64,000 bases of DNA from contig OZ257142.1 in NCBI GenBank assembly GCA_965279035.1, forward strand, positions 1,801,239 through 1,865,238, read 5' to 3'. The position numbers and the translations under genes are program-made. The stretch comes from Bacteroidia bacterium (lineage in GTDB: Bacteria > Bacteroidota > Bacteroidia > M30B66). Each line of letters opens with the position of its first letter. Positions within the stretch are counted from its first letter, which is position 1. This document shows, one piece after another, positions 10,277-18,905 of this stretch. A model generated the notes under the pieces. It was given only the letters and a program-made list of their open reading frames with translations, did not search any database and was not told where the DNA came from.

Positions 10277-12724
10277 TTAATACGTGCTACACTTCTTTTA
10301 CTTTTTCTAATTTCAACCACCACATTTGCCCAAAACACCGGCTCTATTCAAGGAACCGTGAAAGATAAAAACACTCAGGAAACTCTCGTTGGAGCTACGA
10401 TCCAATTAGAAAATACCACCTTGGGTGTGAATACCGATATTGATGGAAACTTCAAACTCAGCAACATTCCGGTGGGTAGTTATGCCGTTAAAGCAACGCT
10501 TGTTGGATATAAACCACTTACCAAATTCAACATCAATATCACTTCTGGAAACGCCATCGTGCTCAGCTTTGAACTCGAATCTTCATCAACCGATCTCAAA
10601 GAAGTTGAAATAACTTTCGATAAAAATCGCTCTGCTGCAGCTGTCGATATGGTTACTCCTTTATCTGTTCAAACGCTCACTACCGAAGAAATTCGTAGCA
10701 ATCCGGGTGGGAATTTTGATATATCTAAAGTAGTGCAAGTATTACCCGGCGTAGCTGGTGCTGCAGGTGCCTCGTTTCGTAACGACATTATCATTCGTGG
10801 TGGCGCTCCTAACGAAAATGTATATTATCTCGATGGCATCGAAATTCCAGTCCTAAACCACTTTCAAACACAAGGGAGTTCTGGTGGTCCTGCAGGTATG
10901 TTAAATGTGTCGTTCATTGAAGATGTAAAACTCAGCTCCTCTGCATTCGACGCGCGTTTTGATAATGCAATGGCTTCTGTTTTTCAATTCAAACAACGTC
11001 AAGGAAACCAAGACCGCATCTCCGGAAACGTGCGAACCAGCTCAACCGAAGTGGCAACTACACTCGAAGGTCCCATTAATAAGAAAACCAATTTCCTCGT
11101 TTCAGGGCGACGTTCGTATTTGCAGCTTTTATTCAAAGCCATCGACTTACCCATTCGTCCCAATTACTGGGATTTTCAATACAAAGTCACGCATAAAATC
11201 AACGATAAAACTACACTCACGGCTTTGGGAATTGGTGCAATAGACCAGTTTTCATTGGCTGTTCCGCGCAAATCGACACCCGATAATACCTATATTTTAA
11301 ATGCTACACCAACCATCAATCAATGGAATTACACGGTTGGTTTTGGTGTAAAACGATTGATAAAACATGGATTTATCAATATAACGGCAAGTCGGAATAT
11401 GTTTAATAATAACATCGACCGATTTGAGAATAAACAAGATGGCGATGAGAGCAAACGCATTTTAAAAATTCGTTCTCAGGAAATTGAAAATAAATTCCGA
11501 TTCGATGTCAATACCTTTAAAAACGGATGGAAGATATCTTATGGTGTGATGTTGCAGTACGTGAAATTCAATAATGAATTATACAATCGTTTAGTTAAAC
11601 AGCAACAAATAATCAATCCGCAATCGGGCGATACGATTACAGTTCCACAAGTTTTATTGCAGTATAATTCGAATATTGAATTCTTTAAATACGGTGCATT
11701 TGGACAAATTTCTAAACGCTTTTTTAAAGAGAAATTCTTGGTCAGCGCCGGATTAAGAACCGACATGAATTCCTTTACCAGCACTGGAAATAATCCTGGA
11801 AAAACACTTTCGCCGCGTGTGTCAATCTCATGGAATTTCCTTCCTAAATGGAATTTAAATGCATCAGTTGGGACCTATTATAAAATTCCAACTTACACCG
11901 TTTTAGGATTCCGCGATTCGTTGAATGTTACGGTAAATGCAGGTTCTAGCTATATTCGATCAACGCATTATGTTACAGGATTTGAGTATTTACCGAAGGA
12001 AGATTTACGTTTTACACTCGAAGGATTTTATAAGAAATATTCGAACTATCCGGTGTCGTTGCGTGATGGTATTTCGTTGGCTAATCAAGGTGGTGGTTTC
12101 GATGTACTCGGAAATGAGCCTGTTACCAGCATTGGCGGTGGCGAAACCTATGGATTAGAATTTTATGTGCAACAAAAATTGACCAAGAAAACCTTTGCTG
12201 TATTAAGCTACACGCTAGTACGTTCGCGCTTTTCAGGGACCAATGGGAAATTAATTTCTTCGGCTTGGGATTATCGCAATTTATTTTCGGCATTAGTAGG
12301 TCGCAAATTCAAACGTGGTTGGGAAGTGGGAATTAAATATCGTTTCGCGGGTGGAGCGCCTTACACGCCTTTCGATATGCCTGCATCGCAATTAAATTTC
12401 GCTACTACGGGTACTGGAATTTTAAATTACTCTCAACTCAATACTTTACGATTAATCAACTTTAATCAGTTCGATATCCGTATCGATAAGAAGATTTATT
12501 TCAAGCGCGCCACACTCGATTTATACATGGATGTGACCAATGCTGCCGGTTTTGCGAATCCTTCTTTGCCTAATTATTCTTTCAAACGTAACGCTGATAA
12601 TTCGGGCTTCGAAACCACCGATGGTCAAGCATTGAAGCAAGATGGCTCGAATGGAATTCCAGTTTTATTGCAAGATCAATCGGCTTTAGTAACTCCTTCG
12701 ATCGGCTTTATTTTCGAATTTTAA
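10277..12724 (+). CDS. TonB-dependent receptor with N-terminal carboxypeptidase-regulatory-like domain
   Basis: Signal peptide MLIRATLLLLFLISTTTFAQ. CarbopepD_reg-like TGSIQGTVKD...GATIQLENTTLGVNTDIDGNFKLSNIPVGSY. Plug motifs (VQVLPGVAG..., IIIRGGAPNENVYYLDGIEI). The ORF-track start at 10190 is in-frame upstream; 10277 is the likely true start. Confidence 0.85.
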   Translation, partial: LIRATLLLLFLISTTTFAQNTGSIQGTVKDKNTQETLVGATIQLENTTLGVNTDIDGNFKLSNIPVGSYAVKATLVGYKPLTKFNINITSGNAIVLSFELESSSTDLKEVEITFDKNRSAAAVDMVTPLSVQTLTTEEIRSNPGGNFDISKVVQVLPGVAGAAGASFRNDIIIRGGAPNENVYYLDGIEIPVLNHFQTQGSSGGPAGMLNVSFIEDVKLSSSAFDARFDNAMASVFQFKQRQGNQDRISGNVRTSSTEVATTLEGPINKKTNFLVSGRRSYLQLLFKAIDLPIRPNYWDFQYKVTHKINDKTTLTALGIGAIDQFSLAVPRKSTPDNTYILNATPTINQWNYTVGFGVKRLIKHGFINITASRNMFNNNIDRFENKQDGDESKRILKIRSQEIENKFRFDVNTFKNGWKISYGVMLQYVKFNNELYNRLVKQQQIINPQSGDTITVPQVLLQYNSNIEFFKYGAFGQISKRFFKEKFLVSAGLRTDMNSFTSTGNNPGKTLSPRVSISWNFLPKWNLNASVGTYYKIPTYTVLGFRDSLNVTVNAGSSYIRSTHYVTGFEYLPKEDLRFTLEGFYKKYSNYPVSLRDGISLANQGGGFDVLGNEPVTSIGGGETYGLEFYVQQKLTKKTFAVLSYTLVRSRFSGTNGKLISSAWDYRNLFSALVGRKFKRGWEVGIKYRFAGGAPYTPFDMPASQLNFATTGTGILNYSQLNTLRLINFNQFDIRIDKKIYFKRATLDLYMDVTNAAGFANPSLPNYSFKRNADNSGFETTDGQALKQDGSNGIPVLLQDQSALVTPSIGFIFEF

Positions 12725-12918
12725 ATTCATAAACGCATTTTCTATCTTACCAAAAAGCGGCAGGGGTTGCCCATAGGGACAGGCATGGAAAGCCCGATTG
12801 CGCCATTAGTGTGTGTGCCGGTACCGAAAGCTTTCGGTATGGTAGGAAAGCCGTTTGTCCGCCCAAATAAATCGACATCGTATATCGTATATCGTATTCC
12901 GTATATCGTAGTTCTATA

Positions 12919-13866
12919 TTAAAACAAGTCTTCAGTCCAACGCATCGACGGGCGTTTTTCATTGAGTTTTCCTAGAATAAAACCAAGCGTGAATTCATGT
13001 GCACCGCCAGTTCTATTAGTTAAATGAGAAATTGTGTAATCGTATGAATAAGCTGCGGAAAAGTGTTTTCCGGTATAGCCAAGCATTCCAATGACTGCAT
13101 CTCCTTTTCGAATGGCACAACCAGCTTTCCATTTTCCATAGCGATACGAAATGCTTGGTAACAGCTGGTGAAATTTTTGTTCTTTTATATAAAGCATGTT
13201 AATATAAAGCCCGCTAATACGTTTACCTTCATGTTGAAAAATGCGCAATGAAGCATGAGCAGTATGGCGAATGGGAAGGCGCGAATCTGAAGTGAAACTG
13301 ATATTCGGTTGATTTATGTTTGCTGCTGAATAACCAATTAAATATCGTTTTGCATGTATCACAAGTCCAGCATTTAGCAAAGCATAATGTACAATTGGAT
13401 TTGAAATAGTTTCAGTTGAACTGTAGATAAAACCAGTGTGCGAGTCAATTTGATCACCAAATATGAGTTTTGAGAAATCAATCTTTTTTGTTGCAATGGA
13501 TGCCGATACTCCAAACCGAATACTTAAGCTTTTGTAAATCTTAAATGAGCGGGCGAGACCAATTCCAATGTTATTCGAAATGAGTGATCCACTTCCAGCA
13601 TTATCATACGTACAAAATGTCCCTAAATCAATGGGTAATTTCGCAAAACTGAAATCAGCTGCAATGTTGGTTGTATAAAACGAACCCGGTATAGAAGGCC
13701 ATTGAATGCGCTGAGCTGCTTGAATACGAATAGCTCCGCTGCTTCCTGTAAAAGCTGGATTGGTATATGTCGCAGTTCCATTATACTGTGTAAATGCTGG
13801 GTCTTGCGCATGTAGAATGGGTGTTATTAAAAGAAATATACCCAATAATTTAAACGATGTTCTCAT
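12919..13866 (-). CDS. Type IX secretion system membrane protein, PorP/SprF family
   Basis: Signal peptide followed by the family-typical QDPAFTQY...TNPAFTG N-terminal motif. 315-aa beta-barrel-like protein. Confidence 0.8.
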   Translation of the reverse strand: MRTSFKLLGIFLLITPILHAQDPAFTQYNGTATYTNPAFTGSSGAIRIQAAQRIQWPSIPGSFYTTNIAADFSFAKLPIDLGTFCTYDNAGSGSLISNNIGIGLARSFKIYKSLSIRFGVSASIATKKIDFSKLIFGDQIDSHTGFIYSSTETISNPIVHYALLNAGLVIHAKRYLIGYSAANINQPNISFTSDSRLPIRHTAHASLRIFQHEGKRISGLYINMLYIKEQKFHQLLPSISYRYGKWKAGCAIRKGDAVIGMLGYTGKHFSAAYSYDYTISHLTNRTGGAHEFTLGFILGKLNEKRPSMRWTEDLF

Positions 13867-13966
13867 AGATATTTTAGTAAAACTGTTTTCTAATTTGAAT
13901 TCAATAAAAGAAATATTTTCGAATGAATGAATTATTTTCTCAATCCTAATTCCTAATTGTCAATTC

Positions 13967-15371
13967 GTAATCAGTACTGTCCGGTTAAAGTTTAAATCAG
14001 AAAAAAGGAGCGACCATTTCGATCACTCCTTTTGTGATTATTTTTGAGTTACGACACACCAAAATAATCATGAGTAAAAGTAAATATTTTACCGGACAGC
14101 CGATTTACAGTCAACTCCTTTCTTATCTGCCTCAGACGAAAGTAAAGAACATAGCTGATGAGCATAACGCTGATAGGTATTATAAGAACTTCAGGACTTA
14201 TACGCACCTAGTAACGATGCTTTACGCAATCTTTAATCGGTGTACAGGTATCCGAGAAGTGACCTCAGGCCTACTTGCCTGGGAAGGCAGGATACAGCAT
14301 TTAGGAATCAACTACTTTCCCAGAAGGAGCACGATTTCAGATGCAAATACCAGTCGACCAGCCGATGTCTTTGAAGATATTTACTACTGGCTTTATGACC
14401 GATACAAGCATTTTTTACCGGACAGCCGAAGTAAAATCGCATCCCGGCTTTATATTGTTGACTCGACAACGATTCAGTTGTTTCAGGAAGTTTTGAAAAA
14501 TGCCGGTCGTAATCCCGCCGATGGTAAGCGCAAAGGCGGTATTAAGGTGCATACTTTAATGAGGAGTGATCAAGACGTGCCTTGCTTGATAAGGTTCTCT
14601 GCTGGAGCTGGAGCCGACAGCCCATTTCTGCAGAACATACACCTGCAACGTGGGTCCATTGTGGTGTTTGATCGTGGTTATAATGATTACAAGCAATACA
14701 ACCGTTTCTCGGAAGAAAATGTCACATGGGTGACCCGATTACGAAACAACACCGTGATCAAAGTCCTGCGGGAAAAGAAAATTTCAGACAAGGAAAAGCA
14801 GAACGGAATTTTGCTCGACCAGATTATAGAAATGGGCCACACCAAGCACAATAACAATACACGAGTGAAGGCACGTCTTATAAAATATGAGGACAAAAAA
14901 TCGAAGAGGATATTTGAATTCATAACCAATAACAATCAATTCAAACCCTCCTCAATCGCACTGTTTTATAAAAATCGTTGGCAGATCGAATCGCTATTTA
15001 AGCGTATCAAACAGAACTATCCGATGCAAAGCTTCCTTGGAGAGAGCGAAAATGCGATCAAAATCCAAATCTGGTGTGCCCTGATCGCTGACCTTGTCTT
15101 AAAAATTGTCAAAGCAAGAGCTGGTAAAAACTGGTCGTTTTCAAATCTTGCAGCCATGGTCAGGCTACATTTGATGACCTATATCAACCTTTTTGAATTC
15201 CTCATCAATCCTGAAAAATCGCTAATTAGAAATCAAATTAAATCCTTTCAACTGCCATTGTTCCCTCCATAGGGGGCTTTATTTTAAATAAATACCATCA
15301 ACACCCGCATTTACTGCAACTACAGAAGGTAAATCATGCAATCTCAATTTTAACCGGACAGTACTGATTAC
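13967..15371 (+). mobile_element. IS4-family insertion sequence with ~23-28 bp terminal inverted repeats
   Basis: Left end gtaatcagtactgtccggttaaa (13967-13989) is the exact reverse complement of the right end tttaaccggacagtactgattac (15349-15371). A possible 5-bp flanking direct repeat aattc lies at 13962-13966 and 15373-15377. The element carries one DDE transposase ORF. Confidence 0.8.
14061..15272 (+). CDS. IS4-family DDE transposase
   Basis: Catalytic-region motifs YIVDSTTIQLF, VVFDRGYNDY and YKNRWQIESLFKRIKQ (the conserved RWxIE..F..LK block of IS4 transposases). The likely start is MSKSKYFTG at 14061, inside the longer track ORF. Confidence 0.8.
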   Translation, partial: KIIMSKSKYFTGQPIYSQLLSYLPQTKVKNIADEHNADRYYKNFRTYTHLVTMLYAIFNRCTGIREVTSGLLAWEGRIQHLGINYFPRRSTISDANTSRPADVFEDIYYWLYDRYKHFLPDSRSKIASRLYIVDSTTIQLFQEVLKNAGRNPADGKRKGGIKVHTLMRSDQDVPCLIRFSAGAGADSPFLQNIHLQRGSIVVFDRGYNDYKQYNRFSEENVTWVTRLRNNTVIKVLREKKISDKEKQNGILLDQIIEMGHTKHNNNTRVKARLIKYEDKKSKRIFEFITNNNQFKPSSIALFYKNRWQIESLFKRIKQNYPMQSFLGESENAIKIQIWCALIADLVLKIVKARAGKNWSFSNLAAMVRLHLMTYINLFEFLINPEKSLIRNQIKSFQLPLFPP

Positions 15372-16804
15372 AAATTCGTAATTCTTTTTCTCCTCCTAAA
15401 ACCAATCGTCAAAAAAATCAATTGCAATAAAATTCCAGGTAAATAATATCGGTTATGAATCACTTCTAAGGAACACGCTGCCAGCGACATTGCCAAGGGA
15501 ACACTCATCAATAAAACCAGAATTGGATCAATGCTACGATATAAATACATGCGTAGAATTTCTAAGCCAATTAACAGGATATAAATTCCATAAAAAAGCA
15601 TGTATAAATAGTGATTATTCATTTTTAAAAAAGCAGTATTCCAATAACTATACATCCAAATCATACGATTTGAATAGCTATTTAATCCAATAGATTGCTC
15701 ATTGATTTTATCTAACAAGGGTTGATGATGTTGAGATTGATACTGTTTAATAAATTCGCGATACTCTTGTGCGCTGCTATAAATACACAGACTTTCTTGT
15801 TGTTCGGTCGGTAAAGTCCACAATCCGCGTTGGAGTGAAATGGATAGGTAATTTACCGGATCGGCTTTAATTCCATCCCAACAAACATGCATGCAATACT
15901 CTTGAATTTCTTTGGGTTTTAATCCTTTGTGCGAAAGCTGTGAGGTAATGTCCCACCAATGTCCACTTTGGGCAACAAAGGTTGCATCGTGTAGCTGTCT
16001 TTTCATATTAAAAGTAGCTGCAGAACGATTTGGATCGTAGCCATCTTCATGCACTACACGGTTCCATAAATTCCAGGAAAACCCTTCACGTAAGGACCAT
16101 GTATTATATACTACATGATTAAATCCCGATTGAATGAAAGGGAAAATTAAAAAGCAAGCAGCAGCCAATGTTAAACGAATGCGATGTAGTTTGAAATACG
16201 GATGAAACAATAAAACAAGGAAGACAATAGGTAGCATTACACCCGCAACTGGTCGCACCAAAAAGGTATATCCGCTTAAGCAAAATGCAAGAATAATCCA
16301 GGTGTTCTTATGTTTCAACACTCCACATTGGAAGCAATATAGGCTAGCCAATAAACAGGTGATGAACCATGTTTCGGACATCAGCAAATGCGCATAATTG
16401 AAAAAAGGGATGTAGCACAAATAAGCTATCACGGTAAAGTTACATGCGGTTGTAGATGTATAATTTCGACAAATCAACCAAATAAAACGAGCTGAAGCGA
16501 GGTAAGCAATAAATTGAATTTGCAGCACCGACTGAGCAAACGAACACTGGAAAATGGTACTAACTAATTCTGCGATGTATAATAAAAACGGATAACCTAG
16601 AGGACAGTAATATAATATGGGTTCTTGAAACGACGGATAAAGTTCTTCCTGAATCCAAATTCCTTCGAATAAAAAATGTTTGTACATATAATACCAAGCC
16701 GGATCGTTCAAGAAATGTGGCATAAGAGGAATTCCACCATGCAAAACACATTGAACTAAAATGGTACTAACTAATAAATAGGAACTTACCTTTTTCAACA
16801 TCAA
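15368..16804 (-). CDS. Polytopic membrane protein, putative GT-C-type (ArnT/PMT-like) glycosyltransferase. Its stop codon lies inside the IS4 terminal repeat.
   Basis: About 11 predicted TM helices followed by a ~200-aa soluble C-terminal domain, an architecture typical of GT-C (family 39/83) enzymes. The last codons AAT TTG TAA are contributed by the IS right inverted repeat (15368-15376). Confidence 0.4.
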   Translation of the reverse strand: MMLKKVSSYLLVSTILVQCVLHGGIPLMPHFLNDPAWYYMYKHFLFEGIWIQEELYPSFQEPILYYCPLGYPFLLYIAELVSTIFQCSFAQSVLQIQFIAYLASARFIWLICRNYTSTTACNFTVIAYLCYIPFFNYAHLLMSETWFITCLLASLYCFQCGVLKHKNTWIILAFCLSGYTFLVRPVAGVMLPIVFLVLLFHPYFKLHRIRLTLAAACFLIFPFIQSGFNHVVYNTWSLREGFSWNLWNRVVHEDGYDPNRSAATFNMKRQLHDATFVAQSGHWWDITSQLSHKGLKPKEIQEYCMHVCWDGIKADPVNYLSISLQRGLWTLPTEQQESLCIYSSAQEYREFIKQYQSQHHQPLLDKINEQSIGLNSYSNRMIWMYSYWNTAFLKMNNHYLYMLFYGIYILLIGLEILRMYLYRSIDPILVLLMSVPLAMSLAACSLEVIHNRYYLPGILLQLIFLTIGFRRRKRITNL

Positions 16805-16862
16805 GTTTCGAAAATACGATTTCTATTTTGGCATAGTCATTGAAAACGCAAAATCAAATTCA

Positions 16863-17651
16863 ATGGTTATGAAAACACAACTCCTCTCCCTCTCAGCGCT
16901 TATTGCAAGTAGTCTTGTAGCTCAAGCGCAAGTAGTAGTTCAACAACAAACTACCACCTACACCAATACACCGGGCGTTCAGTTGCAAGTAAATGCTTGG
17001 AATCCCTTAATTCAACAACCTCAATATTATTCAGTATGGGATGCAATCACTAATCAATATATTTTAGTTCCAGTTACTCAACAACAACAAATTGTTTATA
17101 CCGATCAATACGGAAATCCCATTCAATCTCAAGTTACTTATTACACCGACCAATATGGGAACCAAATTCAACAACAAACCACTTCAAGCGTAAATTATTA
17201 TCCTCAACCCAATCAACCAATCGTTTATGTGGATCAGTTTGGAAATCCAATTCAACAACAACAGCAAGTTATTTATACCGATCCATATTCAAACCCAGTT
17301 CGTCCAAGCGTAATTTCTGCTCAACCAATACAAGCCAATACCTGTGCTCCAGTTAACACCGCGTATCCAATGAGTCAGGCCGATTTTAATAATGCATTAG
17401 CTAATATTCACAATCAAAGTTTTGAGTCAACTCGTATCACCGTTGCTAAACAAATGTTAGCAGGAAATTGGGTTACTTCTGATCAGGTTCGACAAATGAT
17501 GCGACAAATGAATTTCGAAGACAGTCGCATTGAAATTGCCCGTTTCGCTTACAATCGAGTGGTTGATCCACAAAATTATTACCTCGTGAATAATGGATTC
17601 ACATTTAGTTCTAGTGTAGATCAACTCAATCAATACCTTTTCGGTCGCTGA
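16863..17651 (+). CDS. Secreted Q/N-rich repeat protein with C-terminal DUF4476 domain
   Basis: Signal peptide. Four imperfect repeats VYTDQYGNPIQ(Q/S)Q. The C-terminal block MSQADFNNALANIHNQSFESTRITVAKQMLAGNWVTSDQVRQMMRQMNFEDSRIEIARFAYNRVVDPQNYY matches the DUF4476 pattern. Confidence 0.6.
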   Translation: MVMKTQLLSLSALIASSLVAQAQVVVQQQTTTYTNTPGVQLQVNAWNPLIQQPQYYSVWDAITNQYILVPVTQQQQIVYTDQYGNPIQSQVTYYTDQYGNQIQQQTTSSVNYYPQPNQPIVYVDQFGNPIQQQQQVIYTDPYSNPVRPSVISAQPIQANTCAPVNTAYPMSQADFNNALANIHNQSFESTRITVAKQMLAGNWVTSDQVRQMMRQMNFEDSRIEIARFAYNRVVDPQNYYLVNNGFTFSSSVDQLNQYLFGR

Positions 17652-17677
17652 CCGTCGCTATATATCCATCCACGTTT

Positions 17678-17706
17678 AAAAGCTGCTTTCGGGCGGCTTT
17701 TTTTAT
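17678..17706 (+). terminator. Rho-independent terminator
   Basis: aagctgc-tttcgg-gcggctt stem-loop (one G-U pair) followed by TTTTTTT. Confidence 0.5.
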
Positions 17707-17744
17707 GTTTGTCAACTTTTACATTAATAAATGGTTTATCCTGA

Positions 17745-18575
17745 ATGAAAAATAATACATGGTTTATTACGGGTGTTTCTGGTGGATTTGGAAAAGCGCT
17801 AGCCGAAGAATTAATTCACCAAGGAAAGCAAGTCGTTGCTACGTTTCGTAAACAAGAGCAAGCTCAAGCTTTTGAATTAAAATATGGTTCTCAAGTTCGT
17901 GCTATCATACTTGATGTAAATAATTCAAATACAATTCATGAAGCTGTTTCAGCATCTTGGAATTATTTCTCGGGTATTGATGTGGTTGTGAATAATGCCG
18001 GATATGGTTTGACTGGAGCGATTGAAGAAGCATCTGAAAAAGAAGTTCGTGCCCAAATGGAAACGAATTTTTTCGGAGCACTTTTCATTACTCAGGCATT
18101 TCTTCCCTTTTTTAGAATTCAAGGACATGGAACGTTTGTACAAATTTCTTCGCAGGCAGGAATTAGCAGTACTGCCGGACTCGGGATATATAATTCCAGT
18201 AAATTTGCGCTTGAAGGTTTTTCCGAAGCATTATCCAAAGAAGCTTCTCATTTAGGAATTCGTGTTTTGATTGTTGAGCCAGGACCTTTTAGAACCGACT
18301 GGGCAGGTAATTCGATGGTTTTTGCAAACAATGAAATTGCTGCATACGATTCAACTTCAGGTGTAATGCGTCGCCGTTTAAATCAGCTTTCTGGTAATCA
18401 ACCTGGTGATCCAATCAAAGGAGCTCAAGCAATTATTTCGGTTGTAGATGCAGATGCGATCCCTTTGAGACTTACTTTAGGGAAAATTGCCGTTGATATT
18501 GTTCGTGCTAAAATCAAGCAAGTTGAAAAAGACATTGAGCATTTTGAAAACATCAGTCGCTCTGCTGATTTTTAA
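17745..18575 (+). CDS. Short-chain dehydrogenase/reductase (SDR) family oxidoreductase
   Basis: TGVSGGFGKA (TGxxxGxG), NNAG, and catalytic YNSSK (YxxxK). Confidence 0.9.
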   Translation: MKNNTWFITGVSGGFGKALAEELIHQGKQVVATFRKQEQAQAFELKYGSQVRAIILDVNNSNTIHEAVSASWNYFSGIDVVVNNAGYGLTGAIEEASEKEVRAQMETNFFGALFITQAFLPFFRIQGHGTFVQISSQAGISSTAGLGIYNSSKFALEGFSEALSKEASHLGIRVLIVEPGPFRTDWAGNSMVFANNEIAAYDSTSGVMRRRLNQLSGNQPGDPIKGAQAIISVVDADAIPLRLTLGKIAVDIVRAKIKQVEKDIEHFENISRSADF

Positions 18576-18592
18576 TTTTATTTTGAATTGAT

Positions 18593-18814
18593 ATGAATCA
18601 TCAGATAAATAATCCGCTTCACGGTATTACTTTAGAGAATATCATTGTAGCTCTTGAAAAAGAATACGGATGGGAAACTCTATCAAACAAAATTCGGATT
18701 AATTGTTTTTATGAAAATCCCAGCGTTTCGTCTAGCTTAAAATTTTTGCGCAAAACACCTTGGGCAAGAAGCAAAGTGGAAGAATTGTATATCCAAATGA
18801 TTCAAGAAAAATAA
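18593..18814 (+). CDS. DUF2132/VF530-family small protein
   Basis: 73 aa with [21 protein letters not shown]...[18 protein letters not shown], matching the conserved pattern of the VF530/DUF2132 family. Confidence 0.55.
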   Translation: MNHQINNPLHGITLENIIVALEKEYGWETLSNKIRINCFYENPSVSSSLKFLRKTPWARSKVEELYIQMIQEK

Positions 18815-18850
18815 GGTTGAGTTTGATTCTAGATAAGATCATTTAATAAA

Positions 18851-18893
18851 TAAAAAATCCCCGGCTTTAGAAATAAAACCGGGGATTTTTATT
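18851..18893. terminator. Bidirectional rho-independent terminator between convergent genes
   Basis: aaaaaatccccgg-ctttagaaataaaa-ccggggattttt, a perfect 11-bp stem with an A-run upstream and a T-run downstream. Confidence 0.75.
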
Positions 18894-18905
18894 CGTGATG
18901 ATTTC

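Noticed and set aside
12747-12962. 71-aa minus-strand ORF in the receptor-porP gap
   Set aside because: It overlaps the porP stop region and the palindrome/heptamer repeats. There is no signal or domain, so it is probably non-coding.
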